Positions 1 to 13,619 of a DNA stretch of 64,000 nt are shown here, piece after piece; position 1 is the first letter of the stretch, and each line of letters begins with the position of its first letter. Origin of the DNA: Octopus vulgaris. Its lineage: Eukaryota. The stretch covers positions 34,720,001-34,784,000 of the forward strand of contig OX597821.1 in the NCBI GenBank assembly GCA_951406725.2, given 5' to 3'. Under the pieces are notes generated by a model. It was not told where the DNA came from and did not search any database. It saw nothing but the letters and a program-made list of their open reading frames with translations. The translations under genes were made by a program, and so were the position numbers.

Positions 1-240
1 TTATCTCCCCTACTTTCCTTCTCGTGTTTAACTCTTCTGTCCGGCACTAGTCGCCATGATAGATCGTTAGCCACTACACACATTCTTTTTCTCTCCTTTT
101 TTTTCTGTGTCCCTTTCTGTAGAAGAGTGTACGCTCGAAATGTAAAAGACTTTTTCTATTCCTGAGCGTTATACTAATACATCTGTTTGTTTTGTACACC
201 ATCTGTCTTCGTCTTTTGTTTCTTTTCGTAAACTCCCCCT
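1..240 (+). mobile_element. Related hammerhead-bearing repeat, diverged (motif 113-148)
   Basis: cttt CTGTAGAA GAGT gtac GCTC GAAA TGTA aaag; homologous to 58845-59015 on the minus strand; ends at a TA/TATG tract. Confidence 0.55.
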
Positions 241-1074
241 ATATGTATGTATGTATTGTGTATATATATGTGTGTGTACACACAAACATACAAAAATATA
301 TGCATACATGTACGTACGTACGTACGTATGTATGTATGTATGTATGTATGTATGTATGTATGTATGTATGTATGTATGTATGTATGTATGTATGTATGTA
401 TAGGCGCAGGCATGGCTGCATTGTTAAGAAGGACGCTTTGTGCAGCTCCTTGGATAAATATCTTCTACTACAGCCCCAGATTGATTAATGTCTTGTAAAT
501 GAATTCGGTAGACGAAAACTGTATGGAAGCCCATTATATATATGCGTCTGTTCATGTTTGTTTCTGCTTGTGTTTTCCTCTACGCACAATCGTTGGGCAA
601 TCCATTTGTTAATAGATTGATAGAATAAGTACCAGGCTTACAAAAGAGTACTGGGGTTCGTTTGTTCGACCATAAATCCCTTTCAAGACGGTGTCGGGTG
701 CGGCGGGAAGCCACAACAACTGTGACAACGGCAGGCTAACGGAAGGAGCTTGATGATGCTCTTGATCAAACAAACGAACGAACCTGTTGTAGGCAACGGT
801 GTGTATGGGAGCAAGGATGTATATCTACCCATATTCGTCTGTCTTGCGGCCGCCCGGCCTTTTATGTTGTTGTATATGTATAATTACTATATTTATTTTA
901 TTTTGTCGCGTTTGTTTTCGTCATTGTCCTGTACAACGTTCGTTAGCTATTCCCAGTGGCGTTTCGCCACCGGCACCACCAAAAATCAATGTTGAAGGTG
1001 CAAAATTGTAAGGATCTTTTGGACGTTGACTGATGAGGAAATAGCTACGAATTTTTCCGTTTGTTGTTTTTGTT

Positions 1075-1130
<56 letters not shown>

Positions 1131-1131
<1 letters not shown>

Positions 1132-1391
1132 ATTAGAGATAAAACCACTATTAGGCAAATCAAACAGTGAAAAACATAAACCAAAACATAGAAATAAAAT
1201 TAATTAATATAATATACAAAATATATAAAATATGAAATTCAAAATTTCAATTATTAAAAAATTTTAAATAATTTAAATTTTGAATTTTATATTTTGTATA
1301 TTTTGTATATTATATTAATTAATTTTATTTCTATGTTTTGGTTTATGTTTTTCACTGTTTGATTTGCCTAATAGTTGTTTTATCTCTAATT
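1131..1391. repeat. About 260-bp AT-rich near-perfect palindrome next to (TA)n
   Basis: aattagagataaaaccactattaggcaaatcaaacagtgaaaaac... mirrored by ...gtttttcactgtttgatttgcctaatagttgttttatctctaatt; centre near 1261. Confidence 0.9.
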
Positions 1392-1465
1392 TAATTTATA
1401 TTTATACTGTAAAATTAGATTTTATCCTAGATCTAATTTTTCCCTGTAAGTTTAGATTTACTCCC

Positions 1466-1523
<58 letters not shown>

Positions 1524-1974
1524 TATATAAAACGGATGAAATTAATTAGTAAACAGTAATATGAAATGTCGGAGTCGTTATCAGTTTGTAAGGATTGGTT
1601 CTTCGTTGATTGCCATTATGTAAAGATGAAAGTACAGTGATTGAAGTCGAGAAGAAAATATTTATTTACCGTTACATTTGTATATACCTTCGTTCGACGG
1701 GCAGGTAATAAAATCCTAGAGCATGCGAAGTAAAAAAAGTTAATTTCGGCCTGTATGTTCTTATTGTAGTAGTCAACCATAGAGAGAGAGATATAGAAAT
1801 GTACAGAGAAGAGAAAGTGAGTTAGTGAAAGTGGGAGAGTGTGGGAAGTTGGGTCTCGTATAGTCGCTTTTTCGCTCTGGCCGTTTGTGGCCATGATTCT
1901 AGAGGTCGGTTTCTCTAACTGATGTCAGCTCTCTCTCAACTCACGAGTTGTCACCGTGTGACTAACTTGGTATC

Positions 1975-3057
1975 GTGAAACAATTCAATATATACAAGAA
2001 GCAGGCACACACAACACTGGTAATTCCTCCAGCTGTGATACACATTGTATATCACCTCAACGGTTTGAGAACTCACCCAGAAAAATTACACAGGCCAGGA
2101 AGAATTGGTCATATCAATGAACTACCAACGAAAACTCGTAGCCACATGCGACATAATAATTCAACTGCTTGTTCCAATCCTGTACAACACACTCGATCAA
2201 ATAAGCCTAACAACAGATATAGGAATCAGGATGCCCTCTGGTTCAACCCGATTTTCGGTTCGCATGTTTCAACCAAGATCGCTGGGAAATTTTTTGCTAC
2301 TTTGGACAAGTGTTTTCTTAAATCTAATCGGTATCATGCTATTTTTAATCGACACACCGTGAAGGTATCCTACACCAACTCTGATAATTTAGAGCAGCTT
2401 ATGCATAGTATAAACAATAGCAAAATGTGGCAAAGGTTCACTAGCCCACCTACTGGATCTAGCGAATATTTGCATCTAAATACCAACTAAGGAGATGTAA
2501 ACCGCAATGATAAACACCAATTATGACCAATTTGTAGTAGTAGAAATACTTATGATACAGCTAACACGGAAACAACGCCGGTAAATAGAGTCAGGACAGT
2601 CTTATATACAAATGAATACGATAAATGCTCATGCAGAGAAAAATAAAAATGTCCTTTGATGAATCTCTGTATGAATACAAATCTTGTGTATAAATGTACT
2701 GTACACACAAGGGGAGGGCTGTATGTTTACATTGGGCAGACGGCTGATTCATTTAAGAATTGTTATCATAACCATGTTGCCAGCTTTAAGACAATCAATA
2801 ACAGACATTCAACATCGTTCGCAGATTTTGTATGGCGACTGAAGAAGGATAAAATGAAGTACAGCATAAATTGGTCCGTAGTAAGGTACACGAAACCATA
2901 CAATATAATTTCCAGGAGATGCCGTCTCTGCTTCGAGGAATCCCTGTCTATTCTGTGGACTAACGAGTAGATCATTAATAGAATTTTTGAACTGCTCTCG
3001 AGATACCTACACGCATATAAATGCACTTTCGCACAATCCAGTGAGAACGAATTTTGA
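1975..3057 (+). pseudogene. Decayed Penelope-like element ORF: post-RT region, Cys linker and C-terminal GIY-YIG endonuclease (Nematis-like from recollection)
   Basis: WFNPIFGSHVSTKIAGKFF..LDKCF..IFNRHTVKVSY; CSCREK*KCPLMNLC; LVYKCTV..YIGQT..FK..NH..SF..ST..W.LK..W..Y..CRLC.EE; interrupted by TAA/TAG stops. Confidence 0.85.
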
Positions 3058-3660
3058 GTAACTGTTAGCATTATTCAATTTACTTTAAGATATAGATGAC
3101 TTTTAAGGTATAGGAGTTTACTTTTAACCTCCTCGTTCTTACAAGTAAATAGGTAACTCGCTTTGTGATCATGAGTGCACCAAACCTCACGTGTGCGTAT
3201 GCTCACTTTTTTGCGGATGCTTATATGAGCGAGTGTACTCGCGCTATGCAGCTTGCTCGAGTTTATACATCCATATTTGTTATTTTTAATACTTTTCTCG
3301 CCGGATTGCGTGTTCGATTCTCTTTTTGTTATCTGTGATTTTATTTTGATCTCCTATATCAATGAAGATATTTCCTTCGTCTGGCTGCTTTTCTTTCTAC
3401 AAAACGGGAAGTTACATAGCGGAACAGTTATTTTAACGAGTTGTATTTATTTATCACCCTACAACATACACCTGCACCACCGGATGCTCCTGAACCAGCT
3501 ATTAAGTGACCTACACATAAGAAATCGATGCTACATGTGTCGAAACATTTATCGTGATTAATAATAAATTCTCGTATATTCCATCTTCCGTCTTTCACTT
3601 GCCACACACACACACACACACATATACTTATATGTGCATTCATGTATATATGTGTGTGTG

Positions 3661-3767
<107 letters not shown>

Positions 3768-3804
3768 TTATATGTATATATATATATATTTATATGTATA
3801 TATG

Positions 3805-3838
<34 letters not shown>

Positions 3839-4831
3839 TGTATGTATGTATGTATGTATGTATGTATGTATGTATGTATAAGCTATGGGGATCGAGGTGA
3901 ATAAAGAAAGTTAGCTTCAAGCAATCCGTAGTAATTATAAAGAAAAAAAAGTGGTTCTCTGGCACGGAAGGTTGTGGATTTTCGGGGGGGGGGGGGGGTT
4001 GTATCGAAGTACGATTAGCTGAAAAACGTTGTGTGCAAATAAGAATACAAGAGTTACGGAATGGAGTAGGTAAGATCCGGGCTAGATATGTTTCATATCG
4101 AGCGGAACCTCAGAAGTGGCCAAAGATAGCTTGGTTAATTTAAAGGGTAATTTGTCGCAAGGAGGCACATGTTGACGCCGGGCTTTAACGGCATACTACA
4201 AGGTACACACACACACACGCGTATATGCATACACGTATGTATGTATATATGTTTAATGCATATTCTATTCTATTTCTAATTATCTGGAGTTTTCCTATAA
4301 GGAAGGAGCTGGTGTCTAACAAAGAAAGTTCCTTCATCGGAATTTTTTACTTTTGTACTTGAGAAAAGGTTTTGCTCCTTTTTACTGGCCCGGGACTATA
4401 GCAGAAGACACTTGCCCAAGATGCCACGCAGTGGGACTGAACCCGGAACCATGTGGTTGGTTAGCAAGCTACTTATCACACAGCCACTCCTGCGCCTCAC
4501 TTGCCTCACACACACATACACACACACACACACACCGTTCCATTTTCAAATTGTAATTGTAATGCGCTAATTATCTGGTTAATTTCTTTCTTTGAAAACC
4601 GCAGCTTTTTCCACGTGTTCATTTAGGTTTTTGCTAAGAAATCTATCTTTAGCACGCCGGGCGAAATGCTCAGCGGTATTTCGTCTGTCTGAGTTCAAAT
4701 TCCGCCGTGGTTGACTTTGCCGTTCATCCTTTCGGGGTCGATAAATTAAGTACCAGTTGCGTACTAGGGTAGATCTAATCGACTGGCCGCCTTGCCAAAA
4801 CTTTCGGGCTTTGTGCCTAGAGTAGAAAAAA

Positions 4832-5013
<182 letters not shown>

Positions 5014-5163
5014 TTCCCCTCTCTCCCCCTCCTTGAAAGAAATTACTGGGGGTCACAGCTGGAGAGAGATTGCAACACATCCCAAATTATCTCATATACT
5101 CCGTGTGTCACGAAGGTGCTCGTCGTCCCCTTCAGGAGTTGAAGACCAAGGACAAGGAGAGGC

Positions 5164-5242
5164 ACATACATACATACATACATACATACATACATACATA
5201 CATACATACATACATACATACATACATACATACATACATACA

Positions 5243-5275
<33 letters not shown>

Positions 5276-5296
5276 GCATACATACATACATATATG

Positions 5297-5327
<31 letters not shown>

Positions 5328-5366
5328 GTATATATACATACATACATACATACATACATATATGCA

Positions 5367-5431
<65 letters not shown>

Positions 5432-5450
5432 GCATACATACATACATACA

Positions 5451-5483
<33 letters not shown>

Positions 5484-5510
5484 GCATACATACATACATA
5501 CATATATGCA

Positions 5511-5543
<33 letters not shown>

Positions 5544-5885
5544 GCATACATACATACATACATACATGCATACATATATGCATACATACATGATACATGC
5601 ATACATACATACATATATACATACATACACACATACATACATGCATACATATATGCATACATACATGATACATGCATGCATACATACATACATACATACA
5701 TACGCACATACATGCATAATGCATGCATACATACATACATACACACATACATGCATAATGCATGCATGCATACATACATACACACATACATAATGCATGC
5801 ATCCATGCATACATACATACATACATATACATACATACATGATACATGCATACATAACTACGTATGCATGTACATATATGCATAT
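5164..5885. repeat. (CATA)n microsatellite with degenerate extension
   Basis: Direct reading. Confidence 0.95.
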
Positions 5886-6368
5886 AAAAGTATAAATAGT
5901 GTATTCTTGAGTTTGCTTATCTCTCTCTCTCACTCACGCACTTTCGTTATTTTTCTGGGTTTTTTTTAAAAACCGTTTTATACAACTCTATGGAACGGTA
6001 AGATAACTCTCAGGTTATCCCAATTCACAACGGTATATCGGCATAGACCTGCAAACGCACGGAAGACAATTTTTTACAGAGAGAAAAGAATGTTAATCAT
6101 TCTGGACAGAATTCTAAATAGGATTCTTATTCGCTGTGCTAATATATAGACTGGAAATGGTGAAAGTGAGAAAAAAAAAAAAAAATTGGGAAATCTAAGG
6201 GAGGATAAGACGGAGAAACAAATATTAGTCGGTGGATATACAAATAGTAGTCTATCCAAGTTACCTAACTCTGAATTGCTAATGTGATGCTAACGAAGTT
6301 ACTTCCCTTGTTAATTCATCGTCAATATTTTGTTGACTCATTGTTATTCGCTGTATTGTTAATCCGCT

Positions 6369-6780
6369 TGGATCTTTTCGGTTTGAACGGCAGTTTTTTT
6401 CTATCGGTGTCATATGAAATTGTCACCCACAATTATGACCCTAGTATCGATCTATTGCATTTCAATCTATTTTAGATTTAGGGGTGGGGGAAGGGTATCT
6501 TTTTTTCTTTACAAATGTAAATAAACCCAATCTGTTTCTTAAACGAGGGACATATTCATACGGCACAGAATGTTTTTTAACTCAATGGACGTATTTGATT
6601 GGTTGAAATTGCAGAAATTGAAGAAAAACAACAACAAATATCTTACAAACTATAGAATTCCCTCAATAAACCCAAGAGAAAAAGATGTTTTATAAACACA
6701 TTCTGCCAATATACGAAGTTTAACATTTTTTAGTTACCTAGAAATTATGTTAAAAACTGCCGTTCAAACCGAAAAGATTA
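6369..6780. mobile_element. MITE with about 30-bp TIRs and probable 6-bp TSD
   Basis: ggatcttttcggtttgaacggcagttttt / aaaaactgccgttcaaaccgaaaagat; flanks tccgct and tctgct. Confidence 0.85.
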
Positions 6781-7492
6781 TCTGCTTTAATACTCCTGGC
6801 TTACATGAAAAGAAATACGTGAACACTACAATAAAAATCTGTGTTATTTATCTACGAAGGGAAAATCACATCAGTATAACTTAGTATTTTGCTAGCTTTG
6901 AAAGCTAACAAAATATCGCACACACCTCTCGCTGCTTACAATGGAACACATTGTGCTATGGTGTTGTTTTTGTTTTTTATCATCACGTGAGACCTGACCA
7001 ACTATACCTATGATAAAAGACACTCCAGCTGTGACCCCCCTCCCCATCGCATTTAAGGCTACATTGTCCAGTATATCGATCTGCCACATTTTAAAGTCTG
7101 TAAAGAGTGATTTGAAGACAGTTGATTGCAATTTCTAGCAATTCAGGCGAATGAGTAGAGTGGCGTCTCTTGAAGAATGTGCTGTGGATCAGCAAAGACA
7201 TTATTTAAGGCAGTGGCTCTCAACCGGAATCCACATAACCCTTTTGTTGTCAAAATTCAAGTGCAATAAATTGGTTATACTTCAGCAATACACAAAATAT
7301 CGATAAATTAAGTACCAGTTGCGTACTGAGGTCGATCTAATCGACTGGACCCCTCCCCCAAAATTTCGGACCTAGAGTAGAAAAGAATATGGTTGCAGCG
7401 AGAAAGCTTTTGATCTTGGGTCTGTTTGTTGGGCTGACCTCGAGGCTAAGCATCATCATCATCATCGTCATCGTCATCGTCGTCGTCATCAT

Positions 7493-7523
<31 letters not shown>

Positions 7524-7532
7524 AGCAGCAGT

Positions 7533-7900
7533 GGAGGCGCAATGGCCCAGTGGTTAGGGCAGCGGACTCGCGGTCGGAGGATCGCGGTTTCGATTCCCAG
7601 ACCGGGCGTTGTGTGTGTTTATTGAGCGAAAACACCTAAAGCTCCACGAGGCTCCGGCAGGGGGGTGGGTGGCGACCCCTGTTGTACACTTTCACCCCAA
7701 CTTTCTCTCACTCTTCCTTCCTGTTTCTTGTCCCCGACTTCCTACACAACCGCTGAGCCTGGATGCGCATTCAACCATCCGTCGATGCTCTCGGTGTCGG
7801 GGGTTGACCTGCTTTCTCTTCTGCCGGTCTTACGAATAGCAAAGGACCACGTTTCGGACTTCTCCCATCTTGCGAGCTCTGGGACGAAGACCGTTTGCTC
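7533..7900 (+). mobile_element. tRNA-derived SINE family A
   Basis: A box tggcccagtgg, B box ggtttcgattccc; same head at 29464, 36129, 41394; inserted in (CAG)n. Confidence 0.85.
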
Positions 7901-8039
7901 AACAGCAACAGCAGCAGCAGAAATGGTCAACATAAATATATTTAAGAACAGTGAAGACATTTAATTCTAAAATAATCCAGTGCAAATAGCTGTAAATATG
8001 TTCCATATAGATTTTAGTTCACTGTTGTAAAGCAAATGG

Positions 8040-8290
8040 AGTAAGATCCTTTTCGAGTGATATCGACCCAAAAGCCCGGTTTCCCGGTTTCCATGTCATA
8101 TAAATTTCCCACCTGGACTGCACTCTGGTCCATCGCAGGGTTACTCATTTTTGCCAGCTCAGTAGGTTGAAGCACCGTAAAATGAAGTGTTTTACTCAAG
8201 AATGCAACGCGTCTCCCGGTCCAGGAATCGAAACCGCAATCTTATGATCATGAGCCCAACACCCCTAACCACTAAGCCATGCACATCCAC
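8040..8290 (-). mobile_element. tRNA-derived SINE, family A-related
   Basis: Reverse complement tggcttagtggttagg..ggtttcgattcctggaccggg..cttgagtaaaacactt..gctggcaaaaatgagt. Confidence 0.75.
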
Positions 8291-8595
8291 TTGTAAGCCC
8301 CCCACCCAAAAAAAAAAACAGAAAAAAGTTATAATGAATGGATGTTTGTTAATAAGTTCAAGGTTTTTTTTATAGGCCAAGAAAAGAATTTCGTTTGGTT
8401 GGTTATCTGCGTGGTTACAATATGGTGGCATTGTTGATGTGGAACTATTAATCGAATGGAATACAAATGGTTTTGTTAAACTTGTCGGTGGTTAAATAAA
8501 TTCCTTTTAGACATTTCAACTCTGAAGTAAATTTGAGTTAAAGCTGTTCTGCAATTTCAACATGAGTTGCAACATTGAACTTCCACAGGGATTAA

Positions 8596-9187
8596 CATGA
8601 CGACGACAACACGGTCACCGCCCCAGCTACTGCAGCTGCCGCGGCTACCGCGGCTAGTGCGGCTACCACCACCGCCTCTGCCGCCACTGCCGCCACCGCT
8701 GCCGCCGCCGCCGCCGTCGCCCCTGCCACTGGTACTGCCGTTGCCACAGCTGCTGTCGCCCCTACCGCCGCCGCCGATATCATTGCCGCTGATGCCATCA
8801 CCGCTGATGTCATCACCGCTGACACCGCCACCGCGCCGCCGCTGCACCGCCGCTGCACGACCACTGACGCCGCTGCTGCATCGCCGCTGACGCCACCGCT
8901 CTGTCGCCGCCACCGCTGCACCACCGCTGACGCCACCGCTGTCGCTGCCGCTGTCGCTGCCGCTGTCGCCGCCGCTGCCGCTGTCGCCGCCACTGTCGCC
9001 GCCGCACCGCCGCTGTCGCCGCCGCTGTCGCCGCTGTCGCCGCCGCCGTCGTCGCCGATGACGCCGCCGCTCTGTCGCCGCCGCTGACTCCGCCGCTGCA
9101 CCATCGCTGATGCCGCCGCCGCACCGCCGCTGACGCCGCCGCCGCTGACGCCGCCGCCGCACCGCCGCTGACGCCATCGTCGCTGAC
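8596..9187. repeat. GC-rich degenerate (GCC)n-based repeat
   Basis: Units gccgctgac, gccgctgtc, gccgctgcacc, gccgctctgtc. Confidence 0.9.
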
Positions 9188-9897
9188 CCAAGTCAGTGCC
9201 ATAGAACTGAAATGCTAAACTAAATTTAATTTAATTGAATTATAATACCGTAAATACTACTGCTTTAAATACTTCCGCTCAACTCATAGAAATGATTACC
9301 AGCTGTATACTGGGGGATGATCGAATTGTATTCACCCTTTGTTCTCTAAACAAATTTGCTTTAAAATTAAATTAGTTGAAACTAACAGAATATTAGTTAT
9401 TGTAAGGGAGATAACTCTGTACTCCTTACTGACTAAATTTTCCTAGCATAACTTTTTTTACTTGAAAATTTTTCTCTTTACACTTTCTTTATCGTTTCAG
9501 ACATCGGAGGTTCTTTTTTGGTGAATTGACCATAGTACTTTATGAAACCTTCCTACCTATTCCACTGCGTTTTTTTTTTTCAGCCGAACCGCTGTTACGG
9601 GTACGTAAATAAACCAACACCGGTGGTCAAACAGTGTTACTTGAGAAACACAAAGACACATACATAAATGCAGTTGTACATTCTTTTATTTGTTTCATTC
9701 ATTTGATCGCGGCCATGCCGGAGCACCGCCTTGAAGGTTTTTCCGTCGAACAAATTGACCCTAGATCTTATTTCTTAAGCCCAGTACTTTGTTTATCGGT
9801 GTTTGTACTGATCCGCTAAGTTAAAGGGACGTAAACAAAACAACAGTTGTCAGGCACTAATGAGGGAACAAACACACCCACCCACACACCCACGTAG

Positions 9898-9958
<61 letters not shown>

Positions 9959-9983
9959 CCTACCTACCTACCTACCTACCTAC

Positions 9984-10040
<57 letters not shown>

Positions 10041-10071
10041 CATCTACCTACCTACCTACCTACCTACCTAC

Positions 10072-10142
<71 letters not shown>

Positions 10143-10168
10143 GCTATCTATCTATCAATCTATCTATC
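9898..10168. repeat. (TATC)n/(TACC)n compound microsatellite
   Basis: Direct reading; similar (TATC)/(TGTC) tract at 4832-5012. Confidence 0.95.
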
Positions 10169-10172
10169 TTTC

Positions 10173-11138
10173 CAGAGATCCCTGGTCTGGCAGTGTTACC
10201 GAGAAGCGCTACCCGTTCGGGATAAGCTCTACAGACACGGCTCGAGAAACACGGGGCCGACCTGCCCGAGATGCGGTCAGAGCGACGAAACCGTTCTGCA
10301 CGCACTCGTGCAGTGTCCAACAATTTCCGACCTGTGGGCTTGTGTCGAACAACTGCTGTCACGTGTGGGACGAGTCGGTTTATCAGCTGAGTCTATCGTC
10401 AATATTGTCACGCCTCCTTCCTTCAAACGGGAAGGAAGAGCTATTTTCATCATCCTTGTGGCTATGGCGAAAGAATGTATCTGGTGGACGCGTCTGAAAG
10501 GATTGGAGACAAACACTTTCCTCTCTGGTCAATCTCTCATCAACTTCTTCAAGTACCACTTGAAAAGGAAAGTGAGAGTAGAGAGGCAAGTTTTGTCTAG
10601 CGAATGTTTTAAAAAAGATGGGTGAATGTAGCAAGGATGGCACGTATGAATGACGAAGCCACCTTGAGCATAATCCTATGAACCCAGAAATTGAAAACAG
10701 AGGGTTACCCACTTGCAAACAAATGTGGTAACATATAACAATATTGACCAAGGTTACCGTGGTCTTTTTCGTAGGCTTTTCTTCCCACGGATAAACCTTA
10801 CTTGCTTTCCCCTTTACACCATATATCATAACACTGTGATACACGATCCCAATTGATCGTTTCTTTTTTTTTCCTCTTCCCCTTTTTTTTTCCCCTTTTT
10901 CTTCTTTTTTCATTTCTCTTTACTTTTGTTCCTTTCCCTTTCTTTTTTTTTCTTTTATTGTTTTTATTTTTTATTCAATTTTTTTTTCTTTTATTATTTT
11001 TTTTGTTCTTTTCTTCCCTTTTACGATCCCTCTTGATCGAAAACCTACGCCACCCCCTTTTTTTCATCCCCCAAAAGAAAAGCTCTACCTTGTAACTTGT
11101 CCCATCTCTGTGCAGCCCTGTGTGGCCAATAAAGAAAC
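10173..11138 (+). mobile_element. 5'-truncated L1/Tx1-type LINE (ORF2 C-terminal zinc finger + T-rich 3' UTR) inserted in (TATC)n
   Basis: [45 protein letters not shown]; ends gccctgtgtggccaataaagaaac followed by ttatctatct. Confidence 0.8.
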
Positions 11139-11321
11139 TTATCTATCTACGACGGGATTCTTTTAGTTTCCGTCAACCATAACCACTCACAAGGCTTTGG
11201 TTGGCTTGAGGTGAGCGAGAGTAGAAGACACTTACCCAAAGTATCACACAGTGGGACTGAACCCTGAACCATGTGTTTGGGAAGTAAACTTGTTACAACC
11301 ACGCCTGCGCCTATGTAAATG

Positions 11322-11361
<40 letters not shown>

Positions 11362-11412
11362 TTATTAAAGCTGAAAAAATATCACAAAAATATCACAAAA
11401 ATATCACAAAAA

Positions 11413-11451
11413 ACTACTACTTAGAGTTTCACGTCCCCGCTCGTTGGGCAG
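11413..11451 (-). ncRNA. Degenerate hammerhead of the same family
   Basis: Reverse complement ctgc CCAACGA gcg GGGA cgt GAAAC tctaa GTA gtagt; core mutated. Confidence 0.5.
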
Positions 11452-11508
11452 CGCTGTGATCAAGAATTTATTTTCCACCGTGTTTCAAATTTATGTGCCT
11501 ACTCTGGT

Positions 11509-11578
<70 letters not shown>

Positions 11579-11916
11579 GTGAATGAATTATCCTATGTTT
11601 ATCGTCAACACCTTCGTTCGACTCCATTCTTTCATTTATATATATATATATATATATGGATATACTATATTAAATCTCTGAGCGAGATGTAAACTGGAGC
11701 AATACGGAATCGTAACATATAATTGCCAACCAAGTGTGGCGTCCTGTACGGGACAGTGCTACTGAAATTTATAGCCCTGCGTCTTCAGTAGCATTGTCCT
11801 CTATTGCTGTTTACATCCACAATTATATTTTACGGCATATATATATATTATATATATATATCTGCATTGTTGTTTATATATCTGTATATTGCTGTTATAT
11901 ATATATAATTATATTT

Positions 11917-12049
<133 letters not shown>

Positions 12050-12053
12050 ATAC

Positions 12054-12460
12054 AGGCGTAGGGGTGGCTGTGTGGTAAGTAGCTTGCATACCGACCACAT
12101 GGTTCAGGGTTCAGTCCCACTACGTGGCACCTTGGGCAAGTGTCTTCTACTATAGCCTCGGGCCGACCAAAGCCTAGTGAGTGGATTTGGTAGACGGAAA
12201 CTGAAAGAAGCCCGTCGTATATATGTATATATATATATGTGTGTGTGTGTCTGTGTGTGTGTTTGTGTTTGTCCTCCCAACATCGCTTGACAACCGATGC
12301 TGGTGTGTTTACATCCCCGTAACTTAGTGGTTCGGCAAAAGACACCGATAAAATAAGTACTAGGCTTACAAAGAATAAGTCCTGGGGTCGATTTGCTCGA
12401 CTAAAGGTGGTGCTCCAGCATGGCCACAGTCAACTGACTGAAAGTAAAAGAGTAAAAGAG
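12054..12460 (+). mobile_element. tRNA-derived SINE family C (internal microsatellite, CR1-like 3' end)
   Basis: tggctgtgtggtaag..ggttcagtccc..ccttgggcaagtgtctt; tail ggtggtgctccagcatggccacagtc..gactgaaa; other copies near 402-695, 4385-4497, 9580-9870, 11148-11312, 31115-31250. Confidence 0.85.
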
Positions 12461-12487
12461 TATATATATATATATACATATATATAT

Positions 12488-12553
<66 letters not shown>

Positions 12554-12554
<1 letters not shown>

Positions 12555-13175
12555 AGTGAGAGAGTTGGTGTGTGGATGCACGTGGTTGGATGTATAAAAA
12601 ATAAAAAAGAGTGAAAAAACTACAGAAGGCTTGTGTTATAAGGATAAAGAATATATTTAAGTCGTTATGTTAGAAAAATGTTAGAAAATGTTGTGTATAG
12701 TAACAGTTTTTGGAAAAATAACCGGTTTCGTTTATTCTTTTCAAATTTCTCAAATTACTTTGCCTACACCGTGTCATGTCTTCGTTATGAAGTGAAGAGT
12801 TCCAGACAGGGGAAGGTAATCAGGGATTTCTTCCGGTATAAGGGAGATAATCGCTTTATATTTCTTTTCTTCTTTCAATGACATGAGTTTCCTTGTATAA
12901 AAATGTTAGAATGGTTAAGTTTTGGTTTATATTTTTCAATGAAGAATGCTTCCCTGTTTAATCTAATTTGTGCTGGTGTTCCAATAGCACATTGATAGAA
13001 TGGAAAGATTAAGAATTTTGGTAGTAGTTGCTTTGCGTATTTCTCAATATGTTCACTAAAGGGTATCATTCTGTATTCTGGGAATGCAATCTGTTGTCGA
13101 TGCAGAGTGCATCTGCGCCTGAGCGATAATCCCGTTGAACCTACGTAGTTTTGACAGACAACGCATTTATGAAAT
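12554..13175 (-). mobile_element. Penelope-like element 3' end (GIY-YIG C-terminus + 3' terminal repeat) ending at (TA)n
   Basis: ORF 12875-13267 contains CVVCQNYVGSTGLSLRRRCTLHRQQI..SEH..IFPFY..RLNREAFFIEKYKPKLN; downstream sequence recurs as an inverted pair at 24869-25158. Confidence 0.85.
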
Positions 13176-13619
13176 AGATTATACCAAGAACAGAACACAC
13201 CAACAACGTCCAATACCATGCATAACCACCCCATAACAGCACAAAACAACACTAGGATAAGAAACACACCACATACCAGTCACTACTACCCCATGACCTA
13301 GAATTACTGGTCCCCACCGAACACAAGACGAACACAAAATAACACTAAATCAAGAAACATCCCAAAGCTAATAATTTAAAAAATTCTAATTGGAATCGTT
13401 TAGAAAAATACTTTTTCTGGAAAAGAATAATTAGAATTTGTATTTGAAAGTGAAATGAAGTGAAGAGTGGTGGAGAAATATCTTCAATCTTAAAAACAGA
13501 AAATATAAATTTCCATTCGAATGAAAATTTTTGTTTTGTTTTTCAACTGAATAATAAACAGCTAATTTTAGATTTAGCACAAGACCAGCAGTACAGCCTA
13601 GCGCTAAACTGGGTTTTAT

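Noticed and set aside
1975-3057. Possible selenocysteine readthrough as in Naiad PLEs
   Set aside because: The endonuclease is C-terminal and the interrupting stops seen are TAA/TAG, not TGA at Cys positions
5033-5969. Long ORFs (up to 299 aa) of HTYI/YVCM repeats, and similar YI-rich ORFs throughout
   Set aside because: Stop-free translations of (CATA)n/(TA)n microsatellites, open in several frames on both strands
7533-7610. tRNA-like sequences with A and B boxes (also 29464, 36129, 41394)
   Set aside because: No proper acceptor stem or terminator; they run into shared SINE bodies
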